Shown: in pieces, positions 40,256 through 49,942 of the stretch
How positions within the stretch are numbered: the first letter of the stretch is position 1
Layout: every line of letters starts with the position of its first letter
DNA from: an uncultured Acidimicrobiales bacterium
GTDB taxonomy: Bacteria > Actinomycetota > Acidimicrobiia > Acidimicrobiales > SZUA-35
DNA length: 64,000 nucleotides
Assembly: GCA_937930695.1 (NCBI GenBank)
Contig: CALHCB010000055.1
Location: forward strand, 4,833 to 68,832
Reading direction: 5' to 3'
Notes under the pieces: generated by a model
Databases searched by the model: none
What the model was told of the DNA's origin: nothing
Seen by the model: only the letters and a program-made list of their open reading frames with translations
Translations under genes and position numbers: made by a program

Positions 40256-41017
40256 ATGAACTGGTCTCCTGTGGGTGTCGTTGGACATCGTGGCGCATCG
40301 TCGGTGGCGCCGGAGAACACCCTGGCCTCCTTCCAGGCGGCGCGTTCGTTGGGCGCCTCAGGCATTGAATTCGATGTACATCAAAGCGTCGATGGCGAGC
40401 TTGTCGTTGTGCACGACTTCGTCGTTGATCGAACGACCGACGGGTCAGGGGAGATTCTCGATCTGTCTTGGCCGATGCTGTCAGACCTCGACGCGGGCTC
40501 TTGGTTCGGCCGTGATTTCACTGGTGAGCCAGTCCCGACACTTCGTCAGGTGCTCGCACTCGATGCTCTCGATTTCGAGTTGGAGCTCAAGGGCAGCGGC
40601 GAACGTTTCCTACGCGATGTCTTGGTCACCGTCGACGAATCGGGGGTCGGCGCCCGCGTGAAGTTCACTGGCGGGAACATTCCTTTGTTGGCCGAAGTGA
40701 AACGACGACGACCGGAGGTCTTGGTGGGCCTCTTCTCTCGGCCGAGAGAAGCTTGGATGTCTGATCAAATGTTCGAGCAGCTGGTCGTTGGGACGGCCGA
40801 GTTTGCTGTTGCCGATGTGGTCCACGTTCGGGCTGATTGGCTGACCAGCAGGATCGTAGAACGGCTCCACGGTCAAGGCCGGATGGTGCAAGCGAATGAT
40901 GCGATCTCATCCGAGATCGTTGAGCGAGCTGTGAGTTTCGGAGCGGACCACGTGTCGGCCAACGATGTCGCCATGGCAGTTTCCGCAGTGGAGAAGGCCA
41001 AGGACCAACTGCGTTAG
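40256..41017 (+). CDS. Glycerophosphodiester phosphodiesterase
   Basis: GHRGAS..APENTL, IEFDV, VVHD..VDRTT, ELK. Confidence 0.9.
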   Translation: MNWSPVGVVGHRGASSVAPENTLASFQAARSLGASGIEFDVHQSVDGELVVVHDFVVDRTTDGSGEILDLSWPMLSDLDAGSWFGRDFTGEPVPTLRQVLALDALDFELELKGSGERFLRDVLVTVDESGVGARVKFTGGNIPLLAEVKRRRPEVLVGLFSRPREAWMSDQMFEQLVVGTAEFAVADVVHVRADWLTSRIVERLHGQGRMVQANDAISSEIVERAVSFGADHVSANDVAMAVSAVEKAKDQLR

Positions 41018-41910
41018 ATGATGCTGCCGTCGAAACTGTTTTGAATGAAGAAGGGATAGGTCTTGCGGCGTACCTTGGTCTGCCAGGTCCGTTCGATCTG
41101 CTGGAGCTTCTTGAGGCGGGGGAATGTCTTGAGGTCCTCGTCGAAGATCACTCGGGCCTCGGTGGCCGTAATCGGCTCCTCGGGAGAGACGGCCTGGTTG
41201 AATGCCTCGATCGACGGAGCAATCCAGTTCTCGAGATTGACTCGATGAAGGTTGGCCACGATGTCGACCGCAACGCCACGAGGGGTTTGCCATCTGCGCA
41301 AGACCTTGGTGAGGTCGTTGCGTACGATCGGGCGGAACGGCTTGGAGATCATGGCGGCAAACGGCCCCATGTCGAACACGACATCGCCGGACGCGTCCCA
41401 GGCGAACGGGGTTCCGACATCGATCAAGGTCAGCGTTGACCCGTCCCAAGACCAGTTGGAGACCTGTGCATCAATGCTCAGACGCTCCGTCACCGTCGAG
41501 ATGGCTGAGCCGAGAGCGAGCAAGAACGGGTGCTCGGAGTCGGGCGCGGTTGATGCGAGAAGGTGATGCCCGAGCGTGTCACTGGGAAGTTTCTCTTGAA
41601 CGAGGTAGCCGGTCACCTGATCGTCGTTCTCGATGCACATGGGAATTGTGTCGACAACGGAGATCCCCAGCTGTTCAACGTCGGCGACGTATTGGGAGAC
41701 GACCTTCTTGTACACCGCGAACTGCGCCGCGGTGAACACGGGCGTGCGTTTGCAAACGATCGTAGGGTCATCGATCGGCCAACCAAGGGCGATGGACATC
41801 TCGCCAAGTCCCAAGACGTTCAACGCTGAAAGGTCCCGACGTTCGAGTGACCGCTCCACCAAGTTGTGGAGAACGAGCAACTCATCGTGGTGCATCACCG
41901 CTTGGGTCAT
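41014..41910 (-). CDS. Hypothetical protein (possibly DUF6206 family)
   Basis: LGLGEMS, CKR.P.F, DAQVSNW, IDVGTP; the family name is from memory. Confidence 0.6.
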   Translation of the reverse strand: MTQAVMHHDELLVLHNLVERSLERRDLSALNVLGLGEMSIALGWPIDDPTIVCKRTPVFTAAQFAVYKKVVSQYVADVEQLGISVVDTIPMCIENDDQVTGYLVQEKLPSDTLGHHLLASTAPDSEHPFLLALGSAISTVTERLSIDAQVSNWSWDGSTLTLIDVGTPFAWDASGDVVFDMGPFAAMISKPFRPIVRNDLTKVLRRWQTPRGVAVDIVANLHRVNLENWIAPSIEAFNQAVSPEEPITATEARVIFDEDLKTFPRLKKLQQIERTWQTKVRRKTYPFFIQNSFDGSII

Positions 41911-42016
41911 ATTCGTCCTTCCAGCTCATAGCGAGGCATTTCGTGGGGAGGTGGAGCGTTGTCGGAGATCGACGCTTCTTGGCGTGACCGCCTTCGGAGA
42001 CGCTACTGCCCGACCG

Positions 42017-42030
42017 AGGACCTTTGTCCC
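42017..42030. promoter_or_regulatory. DosR/DevR-like box AGGAC-CTTT-GTCCC
   Basis: Matches GGGAC-N4-GTCCC upstream of the ABC-ABC-USP operon. Confidence 0.5.
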
Positions 42031-42066
42031 TTCATGACTTGATCAGACTGTGTGAAGCTGCGGCCA

Positions 42067-42981
42067 ATGGTTCTTGCGCTCGAGGCACGAAATCTCACGA
42101 AATCGTTCGGCGAGGTTCGTGCCGTCCAGAATCTCGACCTGGAGGTCGAGGTCGGTGAGATCTTCGGATTTCTCGGACCAAATGGAGCTGGCAAGTCCAC
42201 CACGATCAAGCTGTTCCTGGATCACCTGCGGCCGACGAACGGGCAAGCCCGGGTGCTCGGTTTCGACAGCCGTCACGACGTCATCGAAGTGCACCGGCGA
42301 GTCGGCTATCTCCCGGGAGATCTCTTTCTGCCGTCAGAAATGCGAGGATCGGATTACCTGGACATGCTCGAGTCTCTGCGAGGCACTGCTGATGCTGGCT
42401 TCCGCTCCGACTTGATCACACGCTTCGACCTCGATGTGAGGAGGCGGCTCGGCGAACTCTCCACCGGGAACAAGCGCAAAGTTGGATTGGTGCAAGCGTT
42501 CATGCATCGTCCGGCGGTTGTGCTGCTGGATGAGCCAACTGCCGGTCTCGACCCATTGGTCCAGCATGACTTTCATGAGTTTCTGCTCGATCTGGCCAAA
42601 TCAGGAACGACGGTTTTCCTGTCCTCTCACGCACTGTCGGAGGTCGACCGAATTGCGGATCGCGTTGGCGTGATCCGCAACGGTTCGTTGATTGATGTCA
42701 ACACGGTGGCCGCGCTGAAGAAGCGAGTCCGCCAGACCATGTCGATCGAATATGTCGAGCCGCCGTCACTCGACGAACTGAAGCGAGCTGAGGGCGTGCA
42801 CAGCGTCGATCTCGAGGGTTCGGTTGTCACCGTCACGGTGGAAGGATCGATCGATTCGCTGCTCCGTGCCGCTGTCGGCGTCGGCAGCGTGCGGTCGATG
42901 CACACCCCGGAGGTCGATCTTGAAGATGTCTTTCTCGACTACTACCGCGACCCACCCTCGACGGTCGGAGGTGGATCGTGA
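42067..42981 (+). CDS. ABC exporter ATP-binding protein
   Basis: GPNGAGKS, LSTGNKRK, LLDEPTAGLDP, SSH. Confidence 0.94.
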   Translation: MVLALEARNLTKSFGEVRAVQNLDLEVEVGEIFGFLGPNGAGKSTTIKLFLDHLRPTNGQARVLGFDSRHDVIEVHRRVGYLPGDLFLPSEMRGSDYLDMLESLRGTADAGFRSDLITRFDLDVRRRLGELSTGNKRKVGLVQAFMHRPAVVLLDEPTAGLDPLVQHDFHEFLLDLAKSGTTVFLSSHALSEVDRIADRVGVIRNGSLIDVNTVAALKKRVRQTMSIEYVEPPSLDELKRAEGVHSVDLEGSVVTVTVEGSIDSLLRAAVGVGSVRSMHTPEVDLEDVFLDYYRDPPSTVGGGS

Positions 42982-43865
42982 CGAGGGCCAATCAATCAAC
43001 ATCTCACGCTGCCTCTGATCGCCGTACCGACGCCGATCCCCGTCGAGATCCCGTCGTTGCGGCTCGATCCCGTTCGATCATCTCGGTTCTCGTGATCGGA
43101 CTCCTCCGTGAACGTCGTCGACTTCTCCTCGGGCTTGCGATCGCAGGCTGGCTGATGGCTGCGATGGTGTCCTCGCTCTACTCCAGCATCGGAGTCGATT
43201 TCGACGAGGTGCTCGACGATCTCCCCCCTGCACTCGAGGGCATGCTGGGTGATGCTGACTTCGGTACGCCTGAGGGCTTCCTCCAGGTCGAACTGTTTTC
43301 GTTCGTCGGGCCGGGCCTTGCGATCGCGGCTGCGGTCTCTGCCGGGGGCGGTTCGATCGCGGGAAGCGAGGAGAGCGGACGGTTGGCGCTGGTCGTGAGC
43401 GGACCGGTCAAGCGGTCTCAGATCGTGGTGGCTGGGGCGATCACGACGATCTGTGCGGCGGTGGTGGCAACGGCCGGATTGTTCATGGGAATCGTGTTCG
43501 GCGTTGCCGTTGCCGATCTCGATGTTCCGCTTCGCAACATCGCTGGCGCCTGTATCGCGCTCGCCGTGCTGGCCGTCTCGATTGGGATGTTGTCACTCGC
43601 GGTTGGAGCACTCACCGGTCACAAGAGTTGGGCAGTCGGTAGCGGAGTGGCGGTGGCGATTGCGAGCTATGCAATCGATGCATTCTTTCCCTTGAGCGCG
43701 ACCCTCGAACCTCTCGCCAAGATCTCGCTCTGGTACCCGCTGTCGAAGAGTCAGCCTCTGGTGAATGGACTGGGTCTGGGTGACGCGGTGCTGCTCGGAG
43801 CCCTCGGGGCGCTCTGCCTCCCTGTTTCCCTCTGGGGCTTCGGTCGCCGAGATCTCCGACTTTGA
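42978..43865 (+). CDS. ABC-2 type permease
   Basis: 6 TM; EESGRL....PVKR and RRDL end; overlaps the ATPase. Confidence 0.88.
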   Translation: MTRANQSTSHAASDRRTDADPRRDPVVAARSRSIISVLVIGLLRERRRLLLGLAIAGWLMAAMVSSLYSSIGVDFDEVLDDLPPALEGMLGDADFGTPEGFLQVELFSFVGPGLAIAAAVSAGGGSIAGSEESGRLALVVSGPVKRSQIVVAGAITTICAAVVATAGLFMGIVFGVAVADLDVPLRNIAGACIALAVLAVSIGMLSLAVGALTGHKSWAVGSGVAVAIASYAIDAFFPLSATLEPLAKISLWYPLSKSQPLVNGLGLGDAVLLGALGALCLPVSLWGFGRRDLRL

Positions 43866-43897
43866 GCGATGAAAACCTTCGACGAAGAGGAACCAAC

Positions 43898-44617
43898 ATG
43901 GTGATGCTGGGAAGCGAAGTTGTCATGGCGATCGGTGACGACGGGCCACAAACTGCTGTGCTCGAGCTGGCTCGTGGCCTCAGCGACCGCTTGGAGGTTC
44001 CACACCGATCACTGCACATTGAAGAAGCGGATCAGGACATGGCGGCAGCGATCTCAGCAGAGTTGGCTGATGACTCGATCTTGGTCATGCAGAGCACCAG
44101 GATCGATGCATGGTCGGGGAAGTGGTCGGTCACCGAGCATGTCATCGACCAATGGGGCGGGCTGGTCGTTGCAGCCGGTCCGAGCGCTCTTGATGAGGTC
44201 AATCTGGGACCCGTCTTGGTGGCCTTTGACGGATCCGAGTCTTCGATGCGCGGACTCGAGGTTGCACCTCTCTTGGATGGGCTGCACGACGGTTCGGTTC
44301 TGGTGTGCCAGGTCCTTCCAACCAATAGAGCGAGCGAAGCTGATCAGATGGTGATCGACTTGGCGGATGACGTTCGCCGTCGACACGGTGAGGGCTTTGA
44401 GGTCATCGTGGTGCTGGGGAACAGCGCAGTGACGACACTGACCAAGGTGGCAATCGACCGCGGGTGTTCGTTGATCGTGCTGGCCGCAAGAGGCGACCGA
44501 ACGACAACGCGAGCTTCGATGAGTCGGACCAGTTCGGGGGTTCTGGCCGACGCCAGGACTCCCGTTGTGATTGTTGGGCATCGCTGGGGACATCGGCACT
44601 CCGGTGCTGTGACCTAG
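43898..44617 (+). CDS. Universal stress protein (degenerate tandem domains)
   Basis: VLVAFDGSESS, LIVLAARG, PVVIV. Confidence 0.75.
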   Translation: MVMLGSEVVMAIGDDGPQTAVLELARGLSDRLEVPHRSLHIEEADQDMAAAISAELADDSILVMQSTRIDAWSGKWSVTEHVIDQWGGLVVAAGPSALDEVNLGPVLVAFDGSESSMRGLEVAPLLDGLHDGSVLVCQVLPTNRASEADQMVIDLADDVRRRHGEGFEVIVVLGNSAVTTLTKVAIDRGCSLIVLAARGDRTTTRASMSRTSSGVLADARTPVVIVGHRWGHRHSGAVT

Positions 44618-44657
44618 GCCCCTGCTCGCTGAGAGCGAAGTTCGTCAGGATCGAGAT

Positions 44658-45185
44658 ATGGAAACTCAACTGTCTCGCTTGGTTGGCTTTGCGATCTCCG
44701 GACACGCACAACGGTTCTTCGTTCATGACTTCGTCGCTGTCGATCTCCCGTTCGACGCAGTCGTTTCGGCGTTCGTGAACTACCTGCGCCCCGAGGGGAT
44801 AGCCCCTCTGATCCTGGAGGCGTGGCGTGCGGAGTCGGGCGAACTCGGTCGTGTGCTGCAGGAGCCGTTGTTCGCTGGTGAGGAACCGATGATGCACGTT
44901 CAGGTCGGAAGGGTGCGGAATCGGGGAGATGCGGTAGTCGTGGCGATCGCATGGTCTCCGGCGCCAGGATCTTGGATCGCTCCGTTGGAGGCTGATCTGG
45001 AACTCGTCGCGTTCGGTCCTTCACGCACGCACCTTCACCTGCTTGGTCGGTCCGAGCTGCCACCGGGCGTTGATCTCTGTACTGCTCGGGCAAGCATCGA
45101 GCACCGCTTGGCGATCGCTGTCGTTCGGCACATGTTGTCGTCGCTGGCGGCTCTCTTGACCGCGAACTCCTCGAAGTCGCCCTAG
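44658..45185 (+). CDS. Hypothetical protein (possible SRPBCC-like fold)
   Basis: Fills the gap in the USP block; P.LEADLEL...G...THL.L.G segment. Confidence 0.6.
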   Translation: METQLSRLVGFAISGHAQRFFVHDFVAVDLPFDAVVSAFVNYLRPEGIAPLILEAWRAESGELGRVLQEPLFAGEEPMMHVQVGRVRNRGDAVVVAIAWSPAPGSWIAPLEADLELVAFGPSRTHLHLLGRSELPPGVDLCTARASIEHRLAIAVVRHMLSSLAALLTANSSKSP

Positions 45186-46069
45186 ACCCCAGGGTCGGGT
45201 ACGACCACCGTCGTGATCTTTGTCCGGTGGGTGAGTGAGGTTGCTACTGAACCGAGGACGAGGTGGGCGATGCCTCGATGACCTCGAGCTCCGACGACGA
45301 TCAGCTCGGCCTCTGTTGCTTCGAGCGCTTCTCGTGGATCTCCCATCACGTGGCGAGTGACGAGTTCGTATTCAGTTGATGGTCGTCCCGAGTTGCTGAT
45401 CGCGTGGGCCCGGGCGTCGTCGAGCAGGCTGAGCGCCCGTTCTTCGGACAGCTGGGAGTACGTCTCGGCCAACTCGAACGGAGCGCCCAGGGGCAGGTGG
45501 GCATAGAGGGCCACGATGACGGCGCCTGTAGGGGCGTGGTCGATGGCCCACAGAAGCGCCGCGTTGGCGTTGGTCGAACCATCCACTCCGACGACGATGC
45601 GGTGGGCCCGGCCAGATGTATCCGCGCCGTGAGGGACGATTGCCACCGGGCTGGGACTGTGGGCGGCGCAGTAGGTGCTCGTCGAGCCGCCGAAGGCATC
45701 CGCTGCGGCGCTACGTCCGCGGGATCCAACGACGACCAGATCGCATCGCGCCCCGATGCTGCACAACACCTTTCCGGCCCGCCCCTGGCTCACAACCGCT
45801 GGTCGCTGGTGCTGAGCGGATACGTGCCTCATGGAGCGGTCGACGGTCTCCCGAGCCAGATCTTCGAAGTAGTCGCGGGGGAGCGGAGCAGGAGAGCCAG
45901 GGAGCGGGGGCGCTGTTGCCCACACAGGGAAGTGCCAGGAAATCACCGGATGGATCGGGCCGAAGATGTCGGTGTGGGCTTCGGCCCATTTGAGGGCGGT
46001 CCTCGAGCCTTCGGAGCCATCGATTCCAACGGCGATTCCTCGCTTGGTCATCGTCGTGTTGGTCGGCAT
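45182..46069 (-). CDS. Universal stress protein (two USP domains)
   Basis: VGIDGS..S..AL.WA, VVGSRG, GS, VGVDGS, VGARG...LGSV; AAAGG RBS. Confidence 0.92.
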   Translation of the reverse strand: MPTNTTMTKRGIAVGIDGSEGSRTALKWAEAHTDIFGPIHPVISWHFPVWATAPPLPGSPAPLPRDYFEDLARETVDRSMRHVSAQHQRPAVVSQGRAGKVLCSIGARCDLVVVGSRGRSAAADAFGGSTSTYCAAHSPSPVAIVPHGADTSGRAHRIVVGVDGSTNANAALLWAIDHAPTGAVIVALYAHLPLGAPFELAETYSQLSEERALSLLDDARAHAISNSGRPSTEYELVTRHVMGDPREALEATEAELIVVGARGHRGIAHLVLGSVATSLTHRTKITTVVVPDPGV

Positions 46070-46154
46070 GAAAACACCTTTCGTCTCGGTGACTGCGCAG
46101 TGTTGGCGGTCGAACTGTCGAGCCGAGCATGACGGTTGGTCACAACGCCGGGCA

Positions 46155-46199
46155 GGGTCCAAGGTCCTCTGTGAAACGCGTGGATAGGACCGAAGGCCC
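46155..46199. promoter_or_regulatory. Two DosR/DevR-like boxes (46155-46168 GGGTC-CAAG-GTCCT; 46186-46199 AGGAC-CGAA-GGCCC)
   Basis: In the divergent promoter between the USP gene and the small acidic gene. Confidence 0.55.
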
Positions 46200-46234
46200 T
46201 GGGAGTCGTGGGCCCTGTGCTGGACAGTAGGGAC

Positions 46235-46543
46235 ATGCCACAGATTCCAGAACCGACAGCGAACCCCGAGACTCCTTGGGAGTTTCTTGATGAGGATCAG
46301 CGAGACGTTGTGCCGAACGTGTCGGCAGAGGAGGCGGCCATGCACGTCGTCGATGCACTGTCTGAATCGGCACTGTCTGAATCAACACTGTCTGAGGCGG
46401 ACCCGGCTGTGGTTGTCCACTATCGAGAGGACGAGCATCCCGAGGTGCCGGATCGATCGATTCCAGTCGACAGCGAAGAGAAGGCAACCGATGTCGAGGA
46501 CTTGTTGATTCGGCAGCACTACCTCCCGGCTGACGAAGACTGA
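46235..46543 (+). CDS. Small acidic protein (DUF5709-like)
   Basis: SAEEAAMHVV motif; internal 15-bp repeat at 46355-46396 encoding (A/T)LSES. Confidence 0.65.
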   Translation: MPQIPEPTANPETPWEFLDEDQRDVVPNVSAEEAAMHVVDALSESALSESTLSEADPAVVVHYREDEHPEVPDRSIPVDSEEKATDVEDLLIRQHYLPADED

Positions 46544-46581
46544 AGTCGCAACACTGAAGTCGCAACATGAAGTCGCAACAC
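46541..46581 (+). repeat. Tandem repeat TGAAGTCGCAACA(C) x3
   Basis: Copies start at 46541, 46555 and 46568; the first begins at the stop codon. Confidence 0.9.
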
Positions 46582-46583
46582 AG

Positions 46584-46597
46584 TGGACCTTGGTCCC
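46584..46597. promoter_or_regulatory. DosR/DevR-like box TGGAC-CTTG-GTCCC
   Basis: About 80 bp upstream of the cNMP-binding gene. Confidence 0.5.
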
Positions 46598-46677
46598 TGG
46601 TGCGGACCCTGAGGAGCCGTCAGTGTCGAAAGCGAGGGGGCGTCCTCCTCGAGATGGAAACGGAGAGAAGGTAGATC

Positions 46678-47109
46678 ATGAGCTTGATTTCACATACAGA
46701 CCCAAAGGCCAAGCGGCTTCACGAGGTGGCGATCTTCAAGAATGCGGACAAGAAGGCATTGGCTCGACTCTCCTCGGTGGTCGACGAGGTCAAGGTTCCG
46801 GCCGGTCACGAACTCATTTCGCAGGGACACTTCCATAGCGAGAGCTTCGTGGTCGAGAAGGGCACTGCCGAAGTGTTCGTCGATGACGAACTCGTCGCAG
46901 AGATCTCCGAAGGCGAGATGATTGGTGAGCTCGGCATCTTTGTCCGAGGTTCTGCCTCCGCAACGGTGAGGGCCAAGAACGCCATGACAGTGGTGGTGAT
47001 TCCCCACAACGCCATCGACCAAATTCTTGATGACAACCCGGCGATGATGCGAGTGATCGCCCAAGAGCTGGCGGTACGGCTTCGCGGAATGGACGCTCGT
47101 CATCACTGA
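46678..47109 (+). CDS. Stand-alone cyclic nucleotide-binding domain protein
   Basis: LISQG, FVVEKG.AEV, GEMIGELG....ASATVRA. Confidence 0.88.
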   Translation: MSLISHTDPKAKRLHEVAIFKNADKKALARLSSVVDEVKVPAGHELISQGHFHSESFVVEKGTAEVFVDDELVAEISEGEMIGELGIFVRGSASATVRAKNAMTVVVIPHNAIDQILDDNPAMMRVIAQELAVRLRGMDARHH

Positions 47110-47192
47110 TTGCTTGCTGGACACGAGGGTACTGCTGTTGAGAGGTGCGCTAACTGGTTCGGTTGTCGCCGAGCCCCGACACGAAAGTGGAT

Positions 47193-48521
47193 ATGGACAA
47201 CATTGAGCAGCATGACGAGATGGGCATCGTGAGCGGTTCTGTCTCGTTGAGATTCGGCCTGCCGGCCGATGGTGGCGGGGTCGACCTTGGGTCGGTCATG
47301 GGCGAGCTTCGAGATGCTTCATTGCGTTGCTTTGGAGAGGTCTATGGCTTGCAGGTGCACCACGATTGCCAGGGGACTGGGCCATGCGTCGAGGTCTTCG
47401 AGGTGACAGCCAAGTGCGGCACGGTGTTTGTTGAAGCAGGGGCGACGCCCGACGTTGTCGTGGTCTCGGCAGAAACTGCAGTGCTCGACCAAGGCGAGCC
47501 AACGTCGCGAGCCGACGCTCGAGCTGTCGTTCGTGAATTGTTGGAAACGACGCTTCGTTTTCTGTCGAGCCCGGAACGCAGACGACGCGAACAACGCGAT
47601 GTCCTCCACGTCGGTGAGCGAACTGCGACTGAACGTGCTGATGCATTGTTCTGCCAAATCTCTCGAGGGGCAGACCGAGCCAGAGAATTGAGGTTGATCG
47701 TTCGGTGTACGGATCTGACGACGCTCGAAGGTGATGACACAGCCGGTCGGGTCAGAGTGCTCTGTGCGGAGGCTCGCCGGCCGGACCCCTTCGATGCCAC
47801 TGTGGGGCCGACAGCTGCGGTTTGTGTGTATCCGGCGCACGTCGCACTGGCAGCTGAACTCACGAAGCATTCGTCCGTCAAAGTCGCCAGTGTTGCTGGC
47901 GGATTCCCCGCAGGACTATCGGATCTCGAAGTCCGCCTCGCTGATATTCGACATGCAGTCGCAGCCGGAGCGGATGAGGTCGACATCGTCCTGAACCGGT
48001 CACTTTTCTTGGATGGTCGCACCGATGCAGTGACCGCTGAGCTCGTTGCGTCTCGCGAGGCGGCGGCAGGAGCCCACCTCAAGGTCATTCTCGAAGTTGG
48101 GGAGCTCGGCTCGCTTCAGTCGGTTGCTGATGCATCGAGACTCGCGATCGCGGCAGGTGCTGACACCATCAAGACTTCGACGGGCAAGACGAAGGTGAAT
48201 GCATCTCCAGACACGGTGTTCACGATGGCTGAAGTCATCGCCGAGCACTACCAGCTGACCGGCAAACGTGTCGGTATCAAGATCGCCGGTGGTGTTCGCA
48301 CCGCTGACGATGCCCTCGGATACGTGGCGATCGTGCGTTCGGTGTTGGGGCCGGACTGGCTGTCGCCGGCTCTCCTTCGATTCGGGGCCTCGAGTTTGGT
48401 CAGCAACGTCGTGGAGGACCTCGCCACGGTCGATGCCGCGGTCCAGCTGCCGAACAACGAGGGCGCCCCCTTGGGGACGCCCTCGCTCAGTTCGCAGAAT
48501 TCAATAGCCAGCTCACCTTGA
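47193..48521 (+). CDS. deoC: Deoxyribose-phosphate aldolase with long N-terminal extension
   Basis: DLTTL, AAVCVYP, ASVAGGFP, GADEVDIV, LKVILE, IKTSTGK, GIKIAGG, RFGASS; start uncertain. Confidence 0.85.
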   Translation: MDNIEQHDEMGIVSGSVSLRFGLPADGGGVDLGSVMGELRDASLRCFGEVYGLQVHHDCQGTGPCVEVFEVTAKCGTVFVEAGATPDVVVVSAETAVLDQGEPTSRADARAVVRELLETTLRFLSSPERRRREQRDVLHVGERTATERADALFCQISRGADRARELRLIVRCTDLTTLEGDDTAGRVRVLCAEARRPDPFDATVGPTAAVCVYPAHVALAAELTKHSSVKVASVAGGFPAGLSDLEVRLADIRHAVAAGADEVDIVLNRSLFLDGRTDAVTAELVASREAAAGAHLKVILEVGELGSLQSVADASRLAIAAGADTIKTSTGKTKVNASPDTVFTMAEVIAEHYQLTGKRVGIKIAGGVRTADDALGYVAIVRSVLGPDWLSPALLRFGASSLVSNVVEDLATVDAAVQLPNNEGAPLGTPSLSSQNSIASSP

Positions 48522-48576
48522 CCGCTGAGCAGTGATCACCGAGTGATCAGTCAGCTCCAGATGAGTCGACGCCAAA

Positions 48577-49137
48577 TCAGACGGTGCGACCCAAGAAGGC
48601 AGCGAGCTGATCAGCGTTGCATCCGCCATCTGCGCACTGTTGCTCGGCTCCGAACGGAGCGGCACCGTCGTCGCCGCGGAATGCGTCAGGGATGCTTTGC
48701 TTGGCCTGAGCGAGAATGCCTGCGGCGAGTTCAGGGGCGATATCGGTGCTCTGATTGGTCGCCTTGGCCAGGTCCCAGCCGTGTTGGAAGGTGTCGGTCA
48801 TGGCAAGACCCATGACCGCTGCGCCCGGCATCTCGCCAAACGGCATCTTGACCATTTGTTCGAGCGCACCGTCCGCGCTGAATGCTTCGAGAGCTGCTGC
48901 GGTAGCAGCGTCGTAGGAAGCAAGGAAGTCGCCTGCTGACCAGTCGGGCTGATCTTCGGACGGAGCCTCACCCTTGAGTCCGGCAGCGAAGAAGTTCTGG
49001 GCGCCGATGACATGGTTGATGAGTTCGCCCACGTTCCACGAGGCGCACGGGGTTTGCTGGGCGAGTTGATCAGCGGAAACCTCGGCGAGGACGCCTCGGG
49101 TTGCTGCGATGACTTGCTGAAGGGGTTGTGTGCTCAT
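48577..49137 (-). CDS. TIGR03086 family metal-binding protein (MDMPI/DinB-like)
   Basis: TPCASWNVGELINH, HGWDLAKAT, LAAFLGR. Confidence 0.88.
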   Translation of the reverse strand: MSTQPLQQVIAATRGVLAEVSADQLAQQTPCASWNVGELINHVIGAQNFFAAGLKGEAPSEDQPDWSAGDFLASYDAATAAALEAFSADGALEQMVKMPFGEMPGAAVMGLAMTDTFQHGWDLAKATNQSTDIAPELAAGILAQAKQSIPDAFRGDDGAAPFGAEQQCADGGCNADQLAAFLGRTV

Positions 49138-49245
49138 TGTTGTTCGCCGTCCGTTCGGGATCAGATCGTTGACTATCGAATTGGAACGTAGCACCGCGTC
49201 ACGCAGATTCTGCGTCGAGCCATCAGACTGCGGAAACGAGCGGGG

Positions 49246-49899
49246 CTAGTTGGTCGCTGCGTCCGTTTTGCGTTGCCGAATTCGTGACATGGCAAGCACC
49301 GCAAGGCCCACGATGGTGACCGCGATGCCAATCAACAACGGACGTGGGCCTGGCTGGATAGAGGCAACGGCAGCTGCCTCAGCATCGGCATCTCGTTCCA
49401 CGGGTATGGGGTTTCCGAAGATCTCGTCGAGATCTGCCTCGGCACCTTCGCCATCGGCAATGACGATCGAACCATCGGTTGTCACGAGTCGGACGGTGCG
49501 AGTCCCGGTTGCCGGCCCATTGAGGGAGCCACATTCGTCGGCATCCGAGGGTTCGTGAGTAGCGATGGGGTTCGGCGAGTCTGGGTCTCCCCATGTGTGG
49601 GTGAGTACGGAGACCGAGCCCCGAGTCTGCTTCTCGGTGGCATCGACGTGGTCGATCGTGTCCCGAGCGTACGCGCCGGTGATCTCGGGCATCGGTTGTC
49701 CGCTGTACTCCGAGTACGCGATTGCGAGCTGCCCATTCGGATCGTTGAGATCAGCAGCCGATGATCGGAGCTCCTCGACGGTGGTCTCGTAGGGAAGCCA
49801 CAGGCTGCATGCCGAAGTGGGCGTGGTGGCGATCGTGATCGTGGTGGCAATTGCGCCGAGCACGAACAAGGCGAATCGGGTGAGCCGCGCGCGCTTCAT
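49246..49899 (-). CDS. Secreted protein with C-terminal membrane anchor
   Basis: Signal peptide ending SACS, second Cys (DECG), C-terminal TM plus basic tail. Confidence 0.7.
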   Translation of the reverse strand: MKRARLTRFALFVLGAIATTITIATTPTSACSLWLPYETTVEELRSSAADLNDPNGQLAIAYSEYSGQPMPEITGAYARDTIDHVDATEKQTRGSVSVLTHTWGDPDSPNPIATHEPSDADECGSLNGPATGTRTVRLVTTDGSIVIADGEGAEADLDEIFGNPIPVERDADAEAAAVASIQPGPRPLLIGIAVTIVGLAVLAMSRIRQRKTDAATN

Positions 49900-49942
49900 C
49901 GCTCCATGACGTTTCGGGAACGCTCCTGACCCAGCAGCACGG

